A DNA stretch of 64,000 bases from Macrostomum lignano (Eukaryota): assembly GCA_002269645.1 (NCBI GenBank), contig NIVC01001649.1, positions 25,884 to 89,883 of the forward strand. Reading direction: 5' to 3'. Shown in pieces: positions 11,001-53,600 of the stretch. Under the pieces are notes generated by a model, which did not search any database, was not told the origin of the DNA, and saw only the letters and a program-made list of their open reading frames with translations. A program made the position numbers and the translations under genes. Each line of letters opens with the position of its first letter. Position 1 is the first letter of the stretch.

Positions 11001-14000
11001 GGCCGATTTTCGGCCACACGGAGCTGCTGTGAGGGAAGTTCATGGCCAGCCGGGCTGGCGGGCAGCGGACAGTGGGTTCCGAATTGTCCGGCCCGGCCGA
11101 GAATCCGACTCGAGTGGCCGACAGCGGCGGCATCTGCAGGCAGACCAGCAGGTCGAATTCGGACTCGCTGATGCCGCCGGAGATGCCGTTGAAGTGCGGC
11201 TCAACCTGGCAGCGAAGCCGGAGACTGTCGGCCGCCGAAGGCGAGGACGGCCGGTTCAGCAGCCGGACCGTGGCGGCGGAGGCTGGCGGGCCGCGCAGGA
11301 CAACCGTGAGACAGTCGTAGCGACTCTGGCCGATGGAGTTCACTATGAGCAGCTCGCCTGGCAACTGCTTGGGGATCTGCGAGATTTTAGGATTGGCTGC
11401 TGCTTTGAGACAGCGACTGCGGAACATCGAGAGAGACAGAAGCTATTACCTAGCAGCTACATGGGGGAGACGCTAAAGGAGAGACACTACATGAGAGACG
11501 CTAAAGGGGGAGACGCTAAAGAGGGAGACGCTAAAGGGGGAGACGCTAAAGGGGGAGACACTAAAGGGGGAGACGCTAAAGGGGGGACACTACATGGGAG
11601 ACACTAAATGGGAGACACTAAATGGGAGACGCTACAGGGGAGACGCTACAGGGAAGACGCTACGGAAGAAGCTACAGAAAAAGCTACGGAAGAAGCTACT
11701 GAAGAAGCTACTGAAGAAGCTACGGAAGAAGCTACTGAAGAAGCTACGGAAGAAGCTACGGAAGAAGCTACGGAAGAAGCTACGGAAGAAGCTACGGAAG
11801 AAGCTAGTAAGCTACAGAATAAGCTGCGGAAGAAGCTAGTAAGCTACGGAAGAAGCTACTGAAGAAGCTACGGAAGAAGCTAGTAAGCTACGGAAGAAGC
11901 TACGGAAGAAGCTACTGAAGAAGCTACGGAAGAAGCTACGGAAGAAGCTACGGAAGAAGCTACGGAAGAAGCTACTGAAGAAGCTACGGAAGAAGCTAGT
12001 AAGCTACGGAAAAAGCTAAGGAAGAAGCTAGTAAGCTACGGAAGAAACTAAGGAAGAAGCTAGTAAGCTACGGAAGAAGCTATTAAGCAAAGGAAAAAGC
12101 TAAGGAAGAAGCTAGTAAGCTAAGGAAGAAGCTAAGGAAGAAGCTAGTAAGCTACGGAAGAAGCTACAATAGACTCCCAGCTATGCTGGGAACTGTAGAA
12201 CCAAAGCAGCCCCGCCCAAGACTTGCGTTACCTCAAAGCCCACCGGCCCGGGCAGCCGCGGCGGTTTCCGCCAGCCGCCATCGAACGCGTCGGCAAAGAC
12301 AGGCGGCGAGTCAATGGAGCCGCCAAGCAGGCTGGCAAGTGCGCCGGCCAGCGCCTCCACGGAGCGGTTGAATGCGCCAGGCAACACCTTGGCCAGGTAC
12401 TGCTCCTCGATCACCTCCTGTGTAGATGTGCCAGTGATGGAGTCGTGATGCTGGAACAGTGACAGATTACGGCGAGCCCAGTCTAGCCTGGGATAAATCT
12501 GCTTGTACAGCTGCTTATCGGCGCTATGAAGAGCCGCTTTGGTGGAGAAGATCTCTGCCGCTCTTAGTAGGGATTCAATCTCGCGACTGCACCTGGATTG
12601 AATGAACATTTGCCTAGGAAGGTTAAATATTCTGTAGCTTCTTTTGGACAGTAGAACTACAAAAACTACACGGGCTACACAGCTACAACAAGTTGAGTTT
12701 TTGAATGTAGACTTCAAGGCACTCTCCAATCCCTTCAAAATGCCTTTCCTCTGTACTCGGTGCCTGCACAGGATGCTTGTCGTGCGATTCACACCCATGA
12801 GAGCCAACTCCCAAGGCACATACTGTTCTGTGGAAGCCCCCAAAATCCGTACCGCTTCAACCCGGGCCGGGATGTGAAGTAGCCGCTCCAGTAGTCCTCG
12901 TCCTTGTCAGTGTAAGTGAAAAAATCGCCCATAAAGCTTGGCAGCCGCTCCCTCTCCGGTCGCTTCGCCAGCTGGGCTCGAAGCTCGGTAAAATAATCCT
13001 TCATAGTGCCGAATTTGATCTCCACATTCATGCTGGACTGACTGTTCATGTAGTCCATCAGCTTTTTGTAGTTGTTGTACTGCTGGTTCCACTCCTCCTC
13101 CCGGTCCCAGCGGAAATCGTCGCCCAGCGGCATCATGAGGACATTGTGCCTGTAGAATTTGCTCTTGGCCTCCAGCTGCTGGAACAGCATGTCCGACAGG
13201 CGGTTCACATTCTTCGGATCGACGTTGGTGCCCAGACTCTCCGACAATTCGCCATCAATATTGCGAAAGTCGAAATACAAGCAGAATGACGGGTTGGGGC
13301 CGCACGAGTACTTGATCTGGTACAGCATGAACGGCAGCACGCTGGTGAGCAGCTGGGTGTCTGGGCCGCGGCCCGAACTGCTCCAGAAGGTCTGCCAGTT
13401 GAACTCCAACGCCCGTTCGCGCCGCAGCATGTCCTTGATGTGCTCGTTAATGCGCAGTATAACATAATTTTGGATGCCGGCAAGGGACTGCAGATGAGGC
13501 GAGAGCAGCGAATACCCGAACGGATCAACATTCCAGTAGGTTTCGGGTGCGACGCCCAGGTTCTGCTTAATCCACAGGTGACCGTCCAGCATTTGATTTA
13601 TTAGCGCAAAATAATGCGTAGAAGCTTCATCTGGGGATACCCAGCCTCCGCTGGTGATCTCTAAACGACCCTGCTTGACCAGGGACTTCATGGCCGCCCG
13701 CTGGTCTGGCGTGGCCTCTGAGAACCAGGTGCTGAGGAATACAGCCTCAGTCCAGATGAAGCGCATTTCCGGCCACTTAGTCAGGTACTTGAGCGCATAG
13801 TTGAGCACATTGCGAGTCTGCAGATGATAATAACTATCGTACGATTTCAACCAATTCGGATCATTATGCGAGTGAGGCACTACAAACACTGTTAGCTTCT
13901 CGCCCTTGGGCTTCAGGGCTTCAAGCGACTTGGGCACTTGGACGCCATTCTCAAATGTGACAGCCTTGGGGTCGTAGCGCCTGTCGAACTTGCCAAGCAG

Positions 14001-14255
14001 CTGGTTGGCAAAGAAAGTCTTGACGCCAACTGACTGCTGGTTAATCCGAGTGCACCGATTGCTCAGAGCTCCTTGGAGCTTCGGCTTGGGCAATGGATTG
14101 AGCAAGTCAGCCAGCTGCGGCTCCTTGGCATCGAGTGAGTCATCATTGATTGACAAGGACTGCTCCCGGTGATAGCTGAGTGAAAAGTAGGTCAGCACTA
14201 GAAATGCAATGGCAAACAGAGCTAGTAGGCACCAAATGCGCGTCTTGAACCGCAT
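7450..14255 (-). CDS. MAN2A1: Golgi alpha-mannosidase II (GH38), 5 exons, ~1149 aa, type II membrane protein
   Basis: complement(join 12853-14255,12232-12592,10789-11376,9541-10038,7450-8049) = 3450 nt, open, GT-AG. N-terminal signal anchor; motifs VVPHSHNDPNW, GGWVSPDEA, VDPFGYS, PLGDDFR, YWSGYFTSRP, LFQHHDSITGT, C-terminal LPCSLEIV. Symbol denotes the MAN2A1/MAN2A2 co-orthologue. Confidence 0.95.
8055..8506. repeat. 22-bp minisatellite (GGATTAGTGGGGAATTCTGGTT)n abutting the exon 5 acceptor
   Basis: Unit read directly. Confidence 0.97.
8642..9465. repeat. 23-bp minisatellite (GGGATTATCGAT[C/A]GAATTGCGGT)n, ~35 copies, mannosidase intron 4
   Basis: Unit read directly. Confidence 0.97.
9541..10038 (-). 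CDS. MAN2A1: Alpha-mannosidase II exon 4 (498 nt, phase 0-0)
   Basis: CAACAG acceptor, GTGTGC donor; YFYTDANS, YPVTGAVVL, VLTGQSHGAALL motifs. Confidence 0.9.
10200..10735. repeat. 23-bp minisatellite (TCTATCGATAATCCATCTGTAAT)n, ~23 copies, mannosidase intron 3
   Basis: Unit read directly. Confidence 0.97.
10789..11376 (-). CDS. MAN2A1: Alpha-mannosidase II exon 3
   Basis: LLIVNSIGQSR...LANSVLAINF...GAYIM; donor GTGAGC at 10788. The acceptor TCGCAG at 11377 is the best phase-0 candidate, not certain. Confidence 0.8.
11461..11650. repeat. 15-bp repeat (GGGAGACGCTAAAGG)n
   Basis: Unit read directly. Confidence 0.9.
11648..12166. repeat. 12-bp minisatellite (GGAAGAAGCTAC)n with AGCTAGTAAGCT variants
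   Basis: Unit read directly. Confidence 0.95.
12232..12592 (-). CDS. MAN2A1: Alpha-mannosidase II exon 2
   Basis: ATCCAG acceptor, ESLLRAAEIF, ARRNLSLFQHHDSITGT; GTAACG donor. Confidence 0.9.
12853..14255 (-). CDS. MAN2A1: Alpha-mannosidase II exon 1 (signal anchor + GH38 catalytic domain)
   Basis: ORF 12789-14255; donor GTACGG after GLKR. Confidence 0.95.
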
Positions 14256-17200
14256 GCTTGCCAGCAGGAAGTGAAGGATCTTCCAATTTACCTTGGGTAA
14301 TTTTGAGTTTCACTGGGCTTTTAGCATGAGTTATTATGAAGTTTTAAGATTATTTTATTATAAGCATTAATGTCTAAAGCTTTTGAAAATCATAAATATA
14401 CATATATAAGCACAGTTTATACTTTGTCTAATTGAAAAAAAGTTTTGCTTGAAAAAGTAGTATTAATAATATGAATGTCTGTTGTTGAAATTTTAAAAGA
14501 TGTACAAAGAATACTACATGTTTTTGACATTCTTGTTCTTATTATTTTTGTTTAGCAATGTTAAAATAGAAAATCATAGATAGGTGCTTATTTGAAAAAA
14601 ATGAGAAAAAAAATTAGATAATCTTTTAAGAATAAAAAAGTAAATAATGTAACCTACTGTGACGTTGCTAGTATAAGGGGGTCCCATAAAAAGGCCATTG
14701 GACTGCAATTTCACTATAATTTCTCGGTTAAAATTTTCCAATAGTTTATTCTCACATTTACTTGTAGTAGCGCCCAATGAATCTGTATCAATCGCTAATT
14801 CACTGTGTATTTGGTAAACCTTGTGTTCATCTGTAAAATCTAGCACAATTGATATTTTCAAGTTCTTGTTTTTTCCCCCACCAGCCAATGAAAACTCTCT
14901 GCGTGTATTATGCTAACCTTTCTGTGCTCTTTATTAACCCCCACCTGGCGGCGGCCTGGGGGTCTTCACCTTGTTTTCCTCTTCCCCCCTTGTGGCCTCT
15001 CGTTTTCCTTCTCTCTCCTTATCTCTTGCCACGGCCCACCCTGTCTGGGCCCATCTCGCCAGCCAGACTTGTTTACGCCTTTCTACTGCCTGTCTATTCT
15101 CCTAGTGCCACCGCACTGTTTGCTCACTGCCATCATTCGCCACTTGGGATCACCTTCATCGTGCTCAACCGCCTTCAACTTAACTCAACTTATTGTTGCG
15201 CTGCCGCCAGTGCCCAGTATAGTAGTCCACTATATTGAAACTGTTAACCTTTGTGTCAATCTGACTACTACTCAAATAAACAAGCCTCCGGCCAACTTGT
15301 TGCTGCTATATTGCCAGTGCTACCACTACAAACTGCTGTGTTGTCTGAACCAGTACTTCATCACCAAGACAAAAACTTGTGACATTACATTTGGCTAAAT
15401 TTTGATTTAGCAGAAAATGCTTATAAAAGACCAAAAGAAAGCAAAGATTATGATTATGAAAAGGTTATGACCTTTTTCCTAAAAATTGACCTATAAAAAG
15501 CATTGAGTTAGGCATGTCAAGAAAAATTATTTATAGAAGGAAGTAGATCTAAAAATTAGGTATAAACTATATAGTTTGATGCATAAAAGGATTTATTATA
15601 TAAAAATGATATAAAAGCCTCTTGCACATTATCTTAAACAAATTCATTTTGTAGCTTGTTATTCCTAGCAAAATGCAATTTCAAATATTGATTTATTATG
15701 ACCCTGTCCCTACAATATCATGGTGCAATGTGCATGGCCGTATGATCGTAACAGATAGCTGTGAGGTAAAATTCTGGTTAGTTTATCAAGTAAAAAATAA
15801 TTACATTACAACTTATTTTACTATTCTATTTTTAAATATCATTAGATAGAGTAGTCCTATAAAACAAGATAACAAAATTACCATCTCATTAGAAAACATT
15901 TTTAGTTTATAGGAACTAGGAAGTTCGCCAGTCACTGTCACTGTCGTCAAAGCTGTGAGCTGTCGGTCAGTTTACCATTTAAAGATTCCTATAAAATCCT
16001 AATGGACAAAATCGCGCGAAATTTATGTCATTTAAAACACATAGTTATGTGTCTTGGTAAGGGACTTGCAAAATACGAGAAATAAACGAGAAAATAAACA
16101 GCATAGTTGTTGATAATCCAAAAAGATAGAAAATAATTTACTTTTTAACACTAAACAGCTTCGACTTACTGCGATGATTAATGACAATATTTTAAAATTA
16201 AAATTAAGTTTTATGAGTTGAATTATAAGTAATTTGTAAAAACATTTATTTCATATTTGAACATCGCATATGGGTCAGGACAACTGGACCATTTTTAATA
16301 CAGTCAGTCTGTGAGGTACTATTATTTAATGAGTAATCTATAATTCCTTATTATGCTGATTTTCCTCATTGGGTTGTCTTTAAAACGTTTACTTTTACTT
16401 GACAATTCTGTCCCCAAATAACCAAATTCAGTTTTTTGCTTTCGGTATATTACACTTAGTGGTTATTACTATTCGTAATTCGTAATTCTTTTATTAGTTC
16501 ACTATTGAATATCACTAATCAGATATTGCCTATGCCATGCTATTGTCATTGATTGTATTGCTATAATGCTATTTTATCTTTACAGCATAGGTTTTAAATA
16601 TAAGTATTAATATTTATTATTAGACCCTGATTTTAACTTGTGCGATTAAGTTGCATTATAATTTGAAGCATACTGATTAAAGGACATTGCAACACATTTT
16701 CTTGATGCTTAGTATGTATGAATTTCCTATAAAAATTTGAATCCATATTTAAAAGCTTGAACTTGAAATATATTTAATTTTGGTAGGCCTTATTTTAATA
16801 GATTTTCTATTTGTTAATAGTAGTAAAGAAATTAGTACTAATACAGTATATTGGTAATTAATGATAGGCATAAAATATTTGTGTATTTTCATAAATGGAT
16901 CATGTTTTCATTCAACTTTAGTTATAACATCTTATTATTATAATGAAGTTTTTGTTTTTTTGTTTTTTATAATAATTTATACCTTATATGAAATATTTAC
17001 TTGGGCTTTCTTGTGTAATTTATGCCATCAAGTGCCATATAGTCTGTATGTCTTAAGATTAGAATGTACTATTTTATACCCTATGTTAGTATATGCCTAT
17101 ATGTATATTGATATGCATACAATATATAATGATCAGGGTCAATAGGATGGCCATAGCTGTTTGCCTGTCTGCTACTGGCAGGTCAATGGTCACCTGTCAC

Positions 17201-17680
17201 CAATACCAAATGCCTCAAGCCAAGTAACCAAATCTACACATGCAACACTTCACTCTCTATGACAGTATATATATGACAGCATTTAACCATATTTTCATTT
17301 TTTCCTTAGTTTCCCTTCGTTCCAATACTTCGACATTCCCTGCGCTGGCTGCTGCACAGTGCACAGTCACGTGACAGATTAACGCGTCCTCCCCGATCTG
17401 CTTTATCCTCATTGGCTGACTAGGGCGAGTGGCGAACATCGGCAGGGGCGAGGGGGCGATGGGAGCTCCGAAGGGCCGACTGGTGCAGGAAAATCTCAGT
17501 TTAAACGTGTCCAACTCTCTCGCCCCATCCCTCTGTCCCTCACTTCCCATTCCTCCTATCCGCCAGGCCTTGGCAGCCGGCCTCAATCCGCCCGCCTTCG
17601 CCCGCTTTGCAGCGCCGACTGATTCTCGTTAACGCCATCGAGTCTGGCTGGCCAGCCGGGCCCTCCTACCCGGTCCGCTC

Positions 17681-47386
<29,706 letters not shown>

Positions 47387-49047
47387 CAGCCGCGCGCAGC
47401 CATCAGCCGAGCTCACTGCAATAAGAAACCGGGCCATTGCCAGACAGAAGTCTGGAAAGTATAAATCTGACAGTATTCTCGAGCGTTCGATGCCTGAATT
47501 CTCCATCTGTTTAAGCTTCATCGGTCCAGCATCCTTGAACTCTAAAAATGATGATTAGTCCTTCTTCATCTGCAGCTTATTTATATTTTATAACTGTTGC
47601 GATCTATCGAATCTCATTTTTGCGCTCTACACGCTACTTACACAGCTGCGCATGACAGTAGTCTGGTTGAGGCATTAGCGGCGATCAGTTTCCTTGCATT
47701 GGTTGGAGGTGAAGTATTTATAATTTATTACTCTGTTGCAAATTTGTTGCAGTAGCGTCTGTGTTGCAGCAGATTCTATTAGCTTATTAATCAAACTGCG
47801 GTACACTGATTGTTTATTATAATTCTTATTGCTTTTCCTTGCTGTAATATTAACTAATATCGATTAATTGTTGTTTTCTATCGAAGTTCCAGCGCAGCCA
47901 AAGCGATTGATCCCCATCTGTTGGCTTTGTACTTTTCTATAGAGAGGGCTCTGCCGCTGCCCCCCCAGCTGAGTTCAGTGTGGAGATGACCATAAATTAG
48001 CCTGGCCTGACACTGCAGACAAATTCTAATAGCTGGCAGTCTGAGTGAATCAAATCAACAAAGGTTTTGCTGCTGCTATTTCATTTTGTTACACAAAAAT
48101 ACAGAATCGCACGATGAGGCCGAGTGTCGAAGCTGGCGTGCCAACAACCCAGAGAACTCTCAGTAACTATGTCGCTAAGATCAGTGTCACTAAATGCAGC
48201 GAGGTCCACAAGAATAGCGACAAAGTCACTGCAACTAACTCACTAGTGACTCTAGCGACTCCAGGGGCGCTCTTGTGACTTTTTAACAACTCAAACGCGT
48301 CCAATGCGACGGAGAGGCGCTAAAGTGTCGTCCAAGAATCGTTGTGTTGGCGCTTAACTTTCTACTAACTCAGTAGGCTAGTTAGTGTTTCAGAAACAAC
48401 TCAGTGACTCTACAGCGACTCTAGCACGCCTCAAATACGACTTTACGGCCCCAGAGTCATTTTAGCATCGCAGTCAATAAAACGCTTTAAAGTGATTCAT
48501 CTTTGTGGCTTTAAAGTTTTCATCGGGTCAGCACGGCATCTTTTCGGCTGTGCTGAAACTGGAACTGCTTCTCTTTATGTCGAGGTCTTTTGCTAGTCGT
48601 CTCCCAGTCTCTCCCCCATTGGAAGCTGCGCACCAGCGGTTCGCGATCTCGAGTTCGGCATAAGTGTTCACCTGTGTCGCGGCCAGGCCCGCACTGCAGC
48701 TCTGACTGACCCTAATATGTATAACCTGTGGCCCATTTCCAGTAGACTACAGCTGGGAGGAGCCACCGGTACTCTGAGGCTCGAGCTAATACCAAAACAG
48801 CACTTATACAACAATGGACTTTTATCCACCCTGAGATGAGACCTGCAAATTCTTTTTGAAGGCTGGACCACACATTTGTTGCTGTTGAAAATAAGCTTCT
48901 GTTTATTTGTTTTCTTAATCGGAGAATTCGAGGGGCTGAGACAGCTTGTATAGAGATAGTGGGGGCTGAGTAGGAATACATACGAGCCTGTGCAAAAACC
49001 AAGACGTCGTGCATGTTCGCCCGGTAAATATCTGATAGATGTGTCGG

Positions 49048-50405
49048 CTGCTCTGCTCTGCTCTGCTCTGCTCTGCTCTGCTCTGCTCTGCTCTGCTCTG
49101 CTCTGCTCTGCTCTGCTCTGCTCTGCTCTGCTCTGCTCTGCTCTGCTCTGCTCTGCTCTGCTCTGCTCTGCTTTGCTCTGCTCTGCTCTGCTCTGCTCTG
49201 CTCTGCTTTGCTCTGCTCTGTTCTGCTCTGCTCTGCTCTGCTCTGCTCTGCTCTGCTCTGCTCTGCTCTTCTCTGCTCTACTCTACTCTGCTCTGCTCTG
49301 CTCTGCTCTGCTCTGCTCTGCTCTGCTCTGCTTTGCTCTGCTCTACTCTACTCTACTCTGCTCTGCTCTGCTCTGCTCTACTCTACTCTGCTCTGCTCTG
49401 CTCTTCTCTGCTCTGCTCTGCTCTGCTCTGCTCTGCTCTGCTTTGCTCTGCTCTGTTCTGCTCTGCTCTGCTCTGCTCTGCTCTGCTCTTCTCTGCTCTA
49501 CTCTGCTCTGCTCTACTCTGCTCTACTCTGCTCTGCTCTACTCTGCTCTACTCTACTCTGCTCTGCTCTGCTCTGCTCTGCTCTGCTCTACTCTACTCTA
49601 CTCTGCTCTGCTCTTCTCTGCTCTACTCTACTCTGCTCTGCTCTGCTCTTCTCTGCTCTGCTCTGCTCTGCTCTGCTCTGCTCTGCTCTGCTCCGCTCTG
49701 CTCTGCTTTGCTCTGCTCCGCTCTGCTCTGCTCTGCTCTGCTCTGCTCTGCTCCGCTCTGCTCTGCTCTGCTTTGCTCTGCTCTGCTCTGCTCTGCTTTG
49801 CTCTGCTCTGCTCTGCTCTGCTCTGCTCTGCTTTGCTCTGTTCTGCTCTGCTCTGCTCTGCTCTGCTCTGCTCTTCTCTGCTCTACTCTACTCTGCTCTG
49901 CTCTGCTCTGCTCTGCTCTGCTCTGCTCTTCTCTGCTCTACTCTACTCTACTCTGCTCTGCTCTGCTCTGCTCTACTCTACTCTGCTCTGCTCTGCTCTT
50001 CTCTGCTCTGCTCTGCTCTGCTCTGCTCTGCTCTGCTCTGCTTTGCTCTGCTCTGTTCTGCTCTGCTCTGCTCTGCTCTGCTCTGCTCTTCTCTGCTCTA
50101 CTCTGCTCTGCTCTACTCTGCTCTACTCTGCTCTGCTCTACTCTGCTCTACTCTACTCTGCTCTGCTCTGCTCTGCTCTGCTCTACTCTACTCTACTCTG
50201 CTCTGCTCTTCTCTGCTCTACTCTACTCTACTCTGCTCTGCTCTGCTCTTCTCTGCTCTGCTCTGCTCTGCTCTGCTCTGCTCTGCTCTGCTCCGCTCTG
50301 CTCTGCTCTGCTTTGCTCTGCTCCGCTCTGCTCTGCTCTGCTCTGCTCTGCTCTGCTCCGCTCTGCTCTGCTCTGCTTTGCTCTGCTCTGCTCTGCTCTG
50401 CTCTC
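49048..50405. repeat. (CTCTG)n pentanucleotide array, ~270 units, just downstream of the CUB-PAN stop codon
   Basis: Read directly. Confidence 0.98.
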
Positions 50406-50443
50406 AGTTCGAGTCCGAGTTGCTGCACTTAAGAAACACGCCG

Positions 50444-50640
50444 TCAGGCCCCGGGCCTGGCCAGTCCTCCCGCAGTCGGTCCGTCCAGCAGCCTGCAGGA
50501 GCCTCTGACAGCGTCGAACTCGATGGCCCGGCAGGCGGCCCCGACAGCGGTGCAGAGCACAGCGCACTCGATGTCGCTGCGAGCAGACAGGACGCCCACC
50601 GCGCTGGCAGCTGGTTGCGACGCGAACAACCTCCGGAATG
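50444..50640 (-). CDS. Terminal exon, PAN/apple-like module
   Basis: CCGCAG acceptor; FRRL...SDIECAVLC...ACRAIEFD...SCRLL cysteine pattern. Confidence 0.7.
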
Positions 50641-53600
50641 CTGCGGGTTTTCCATCCGAATTTACGAGTACTTTATTTTCAAGTTACCGTCTGCCACGGA
50701 ACAAAACACAATTCGGCTTGTCCATAAACACGCCTTCAAATCGATGGACAATATAGCAACAATGTACATTCTTTAGCGACGTTTTATCGTAAAATAAGAT
50801 TAAAACCTTTATCATTGCAGCCCAGAAATTTTTGTCTAAGCCTAGAAATGCAACAAAACAATGTTCAATACGCGTATAGTGCGGTCCGGGCACACTGATT
50901 TCTTTCTGTGATATAAATCACTCGGAAAAACTCTACACATATTAAGCAAGAACGTTTTTAACATCCTTGTTGAGTCATTGTTGTTGTCTGTTTCAAGCCA
51001 GTTCAGGACTTACTGTTTCCATCAGTCCTCAAGACTTACTGTTTCCATCAGTCCTCAAGACTTACTGTTTCCATCAGTCCTCAAGACTTACTGTTTCCAT
51101 CAGGTCATAAAGACTTACTGTTTCCATCAGTCCTCAAGACTTACTGTTTCCATCAGTCCTCAAGACTTACTGTTTCCATCAGTCCTCAAGACTTACTGTT
51201 TCCATCAGGTCATAAAGACTTACTGTTTCCATCAGGTCACAAAGACTTACTGTTTCCATCAGGTCATAAAGACTTACTGTTTCCATCAGTCCTCAAGACT
51301 TACTGTTTCCATCAGGTCATAAAGACTTACTGTTTCCATCAGGTCATAAAGACTTACTGTTTCCATCAGGTCACAAAGACTTACTGTTTCCATCAGGTCA
51401 TAAAGACTTACTGTTTCCATCAGGTCATAAAGACTTACTGTTTCCATCAGGTCATAAAGACTTACTGTTTCCATCAGGTCACAAAGACTTACTGTTTCCA
51501 TCAGGTCATAAAGACTTACTGTTTCCATCAGGTCACAAAGACTTACTGTTTCCATCAGGTCATAAATGTTATATATCGCGAAGCCGAGAGGGTTATATCT
51601 TCTATAGCGCGCGGTCTGATGAAACTAAAGCTCAGAGGGCATGGCCGTCTCTCTAGGCCGTCACGTGTATTTATACCATGGCTTCGCAAGCAGCCAGAGA
51701 AGAAGCCCACGAATAAGAAGTCAAGGCTAAGCAAGAGCAAGATTGCAGAGCTGCAATTGTTCTGGGGCGTTCCTGTAGAAATGCCTCCAAAGCCGAAAAT
51801 TGACTTAAAAAGCGCTCCACACTTCGACCTCGAATCTCAGAAGGCCGTATTCCCACAATGGAAGCAGTTGTGGGAGGCTTTTGAGGAACTATCAGGCCTG
51901 AACGACATCGAGCAAGAGGCCGAGAAGAAGAAGTTCCAACTCTTCGCTTTGCGACACTGCCTGAGTCTGGAGACCCTACGAGTGGTGGACAGCTTACCTC
52001 AGCTACTAGGAAAGGATAAAGACGACGCCAAGGAGATCATCAAGGCCCTGGAAGCATTCATCACCGGGCAGAAGAACGAGATATTCGAGAGGAGGGAATT
52101 CTGGCTACGAAATCAAGCAGAAGGTGAGAGCTTCAATGATTGGTACGTGTCCATCAAAGAAATCTCGTCCAGGTGCAACTTCGAGCGATGCTGTGACGGG
52201 TGCGCCGAATACCAGCTCAGAGACAGAATTGTCATGGGACTTCGCGACCCCAGCACTGTAGAGAAGTTGCTAGAGGAAGGCAGTGAGCTAACGCTGGAGA
52301 GAGCAAAGACCATTTGTGAGTCGATGGAGAGTTCGAGGAAAAACTGCGCCATAATGAAGGGCGAGACACCGACCGTCTCCGCTGTGCGACACGCGTCAAG
52401 CTACCGGAAGGCCAAGCGGACTGGAGCAGCGGAGAATCGACAGGCAGGAAGACCTGTTCAACAGAGCCAGGCGAAACATCCTGGTCAAGCCTGCAAGTTC
52501 TGCGGACGAGAGCACGAGGTCGGCAAAGAGAAATGTCCGGCCTGGGGGAAGTCGTGCACAAAGTGCGGCAAGCTCAACCATTTCGCTAAGCAGTGCAGAA
52601 GTGGACAGTCAGCCAAGTACGGCGAGAGAGTCCACTCAATTTTCGCCGCAACTGGCGCACAAGGGACCTCAGCATGCTGTGTGGAGGTAAAAATTCGCAC
52701 CCCTGACGGAACAAAGACCATCGCCGCCTTACCGGACACAGGCGCTTTCATAGATGCCATCCCTGAGAGCTTGATGCCTATAGTAGGAGCAGATATGAAC
52801 AACCTACATCCGTCAGACATCAAACCCAAGGCAGTCGACGGCCGGCTATTAAAAGCCAAGGGCTCGATTCAGCTGCAAGCATCCATGGGTGAGACTGAGC
52901 TGCAGCGTACGTTTCACGTCCTCAGCGGAATATCCATCATGATTCTATCAAGAGAAGCGTGTCGTGATCTGGGTATCATTCCAAGAAACTTTCCAAAGCA
53001 AATCGTGGTAAGCATGAATCAGCACGATACCAACGCTAGCACAGAGGAGGACCTAAAAAAGAGTTTTCGGACGTGTTCACCGGAAAAGTTGGCAGAATGG
53101 CTGGTGAGATGTTCAGAATTAAACTATCAGCGGACGCAAAGCCGTTTGCCATTTCGACCCCGAGAAGAATTGCGGAACCGCTCAAGTTACAGCTCAAGAA
53201 GGAACTGGAGGATCTCGAGCGAGATGGGATCATAGCAAAGGTCACAGAGCCTACGGAATGGTGTGCGCCGATCACCGTGCAGCCAAAGAAAGGCCAGAGC
53301 AAGATAAGAATGTGCGTCGACCTACGGTGCTTAAACAAATACGTCATCCGAGAGCGCTACGTCAGCCAAACGCCATTTGAAGTTGTGTCAAGTGTACACA
53401 AGGGCGCCAGGTTCTTCACAACCGTTGATGCCACGAAAGGATACCACCAAGTGCCACTGGATGACGCGTCACAAATACTGACAACTTTTATCACACCATT
53501 CGGACGGTACAAGTTCCTACGTGCCCCCTTTGGACTGTCGTCCATATCGGAGCATTACAATAGGCGTGTGGATGAAGTGCTAGAGGGACTGAAGAGCACC

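Noticed and set aside
48480-49030. Transposase fragment 3' of FARP
   Set aside because: ORF 48712-49014 has no motif I can assign and no terminal repeats were found.
48990-50776. 480-522 aa (CSALL)n ORFs
   Set aside because: Produced by (CTCTG)n, which is open in all three frames.
51612-51630. CTGATGAAAC in the left TIR as a hammerhead ribozyme core
   Set aside because: CUGAUGA overlaps the GAAA; no stem II or separate GAAA/stem III could be built.
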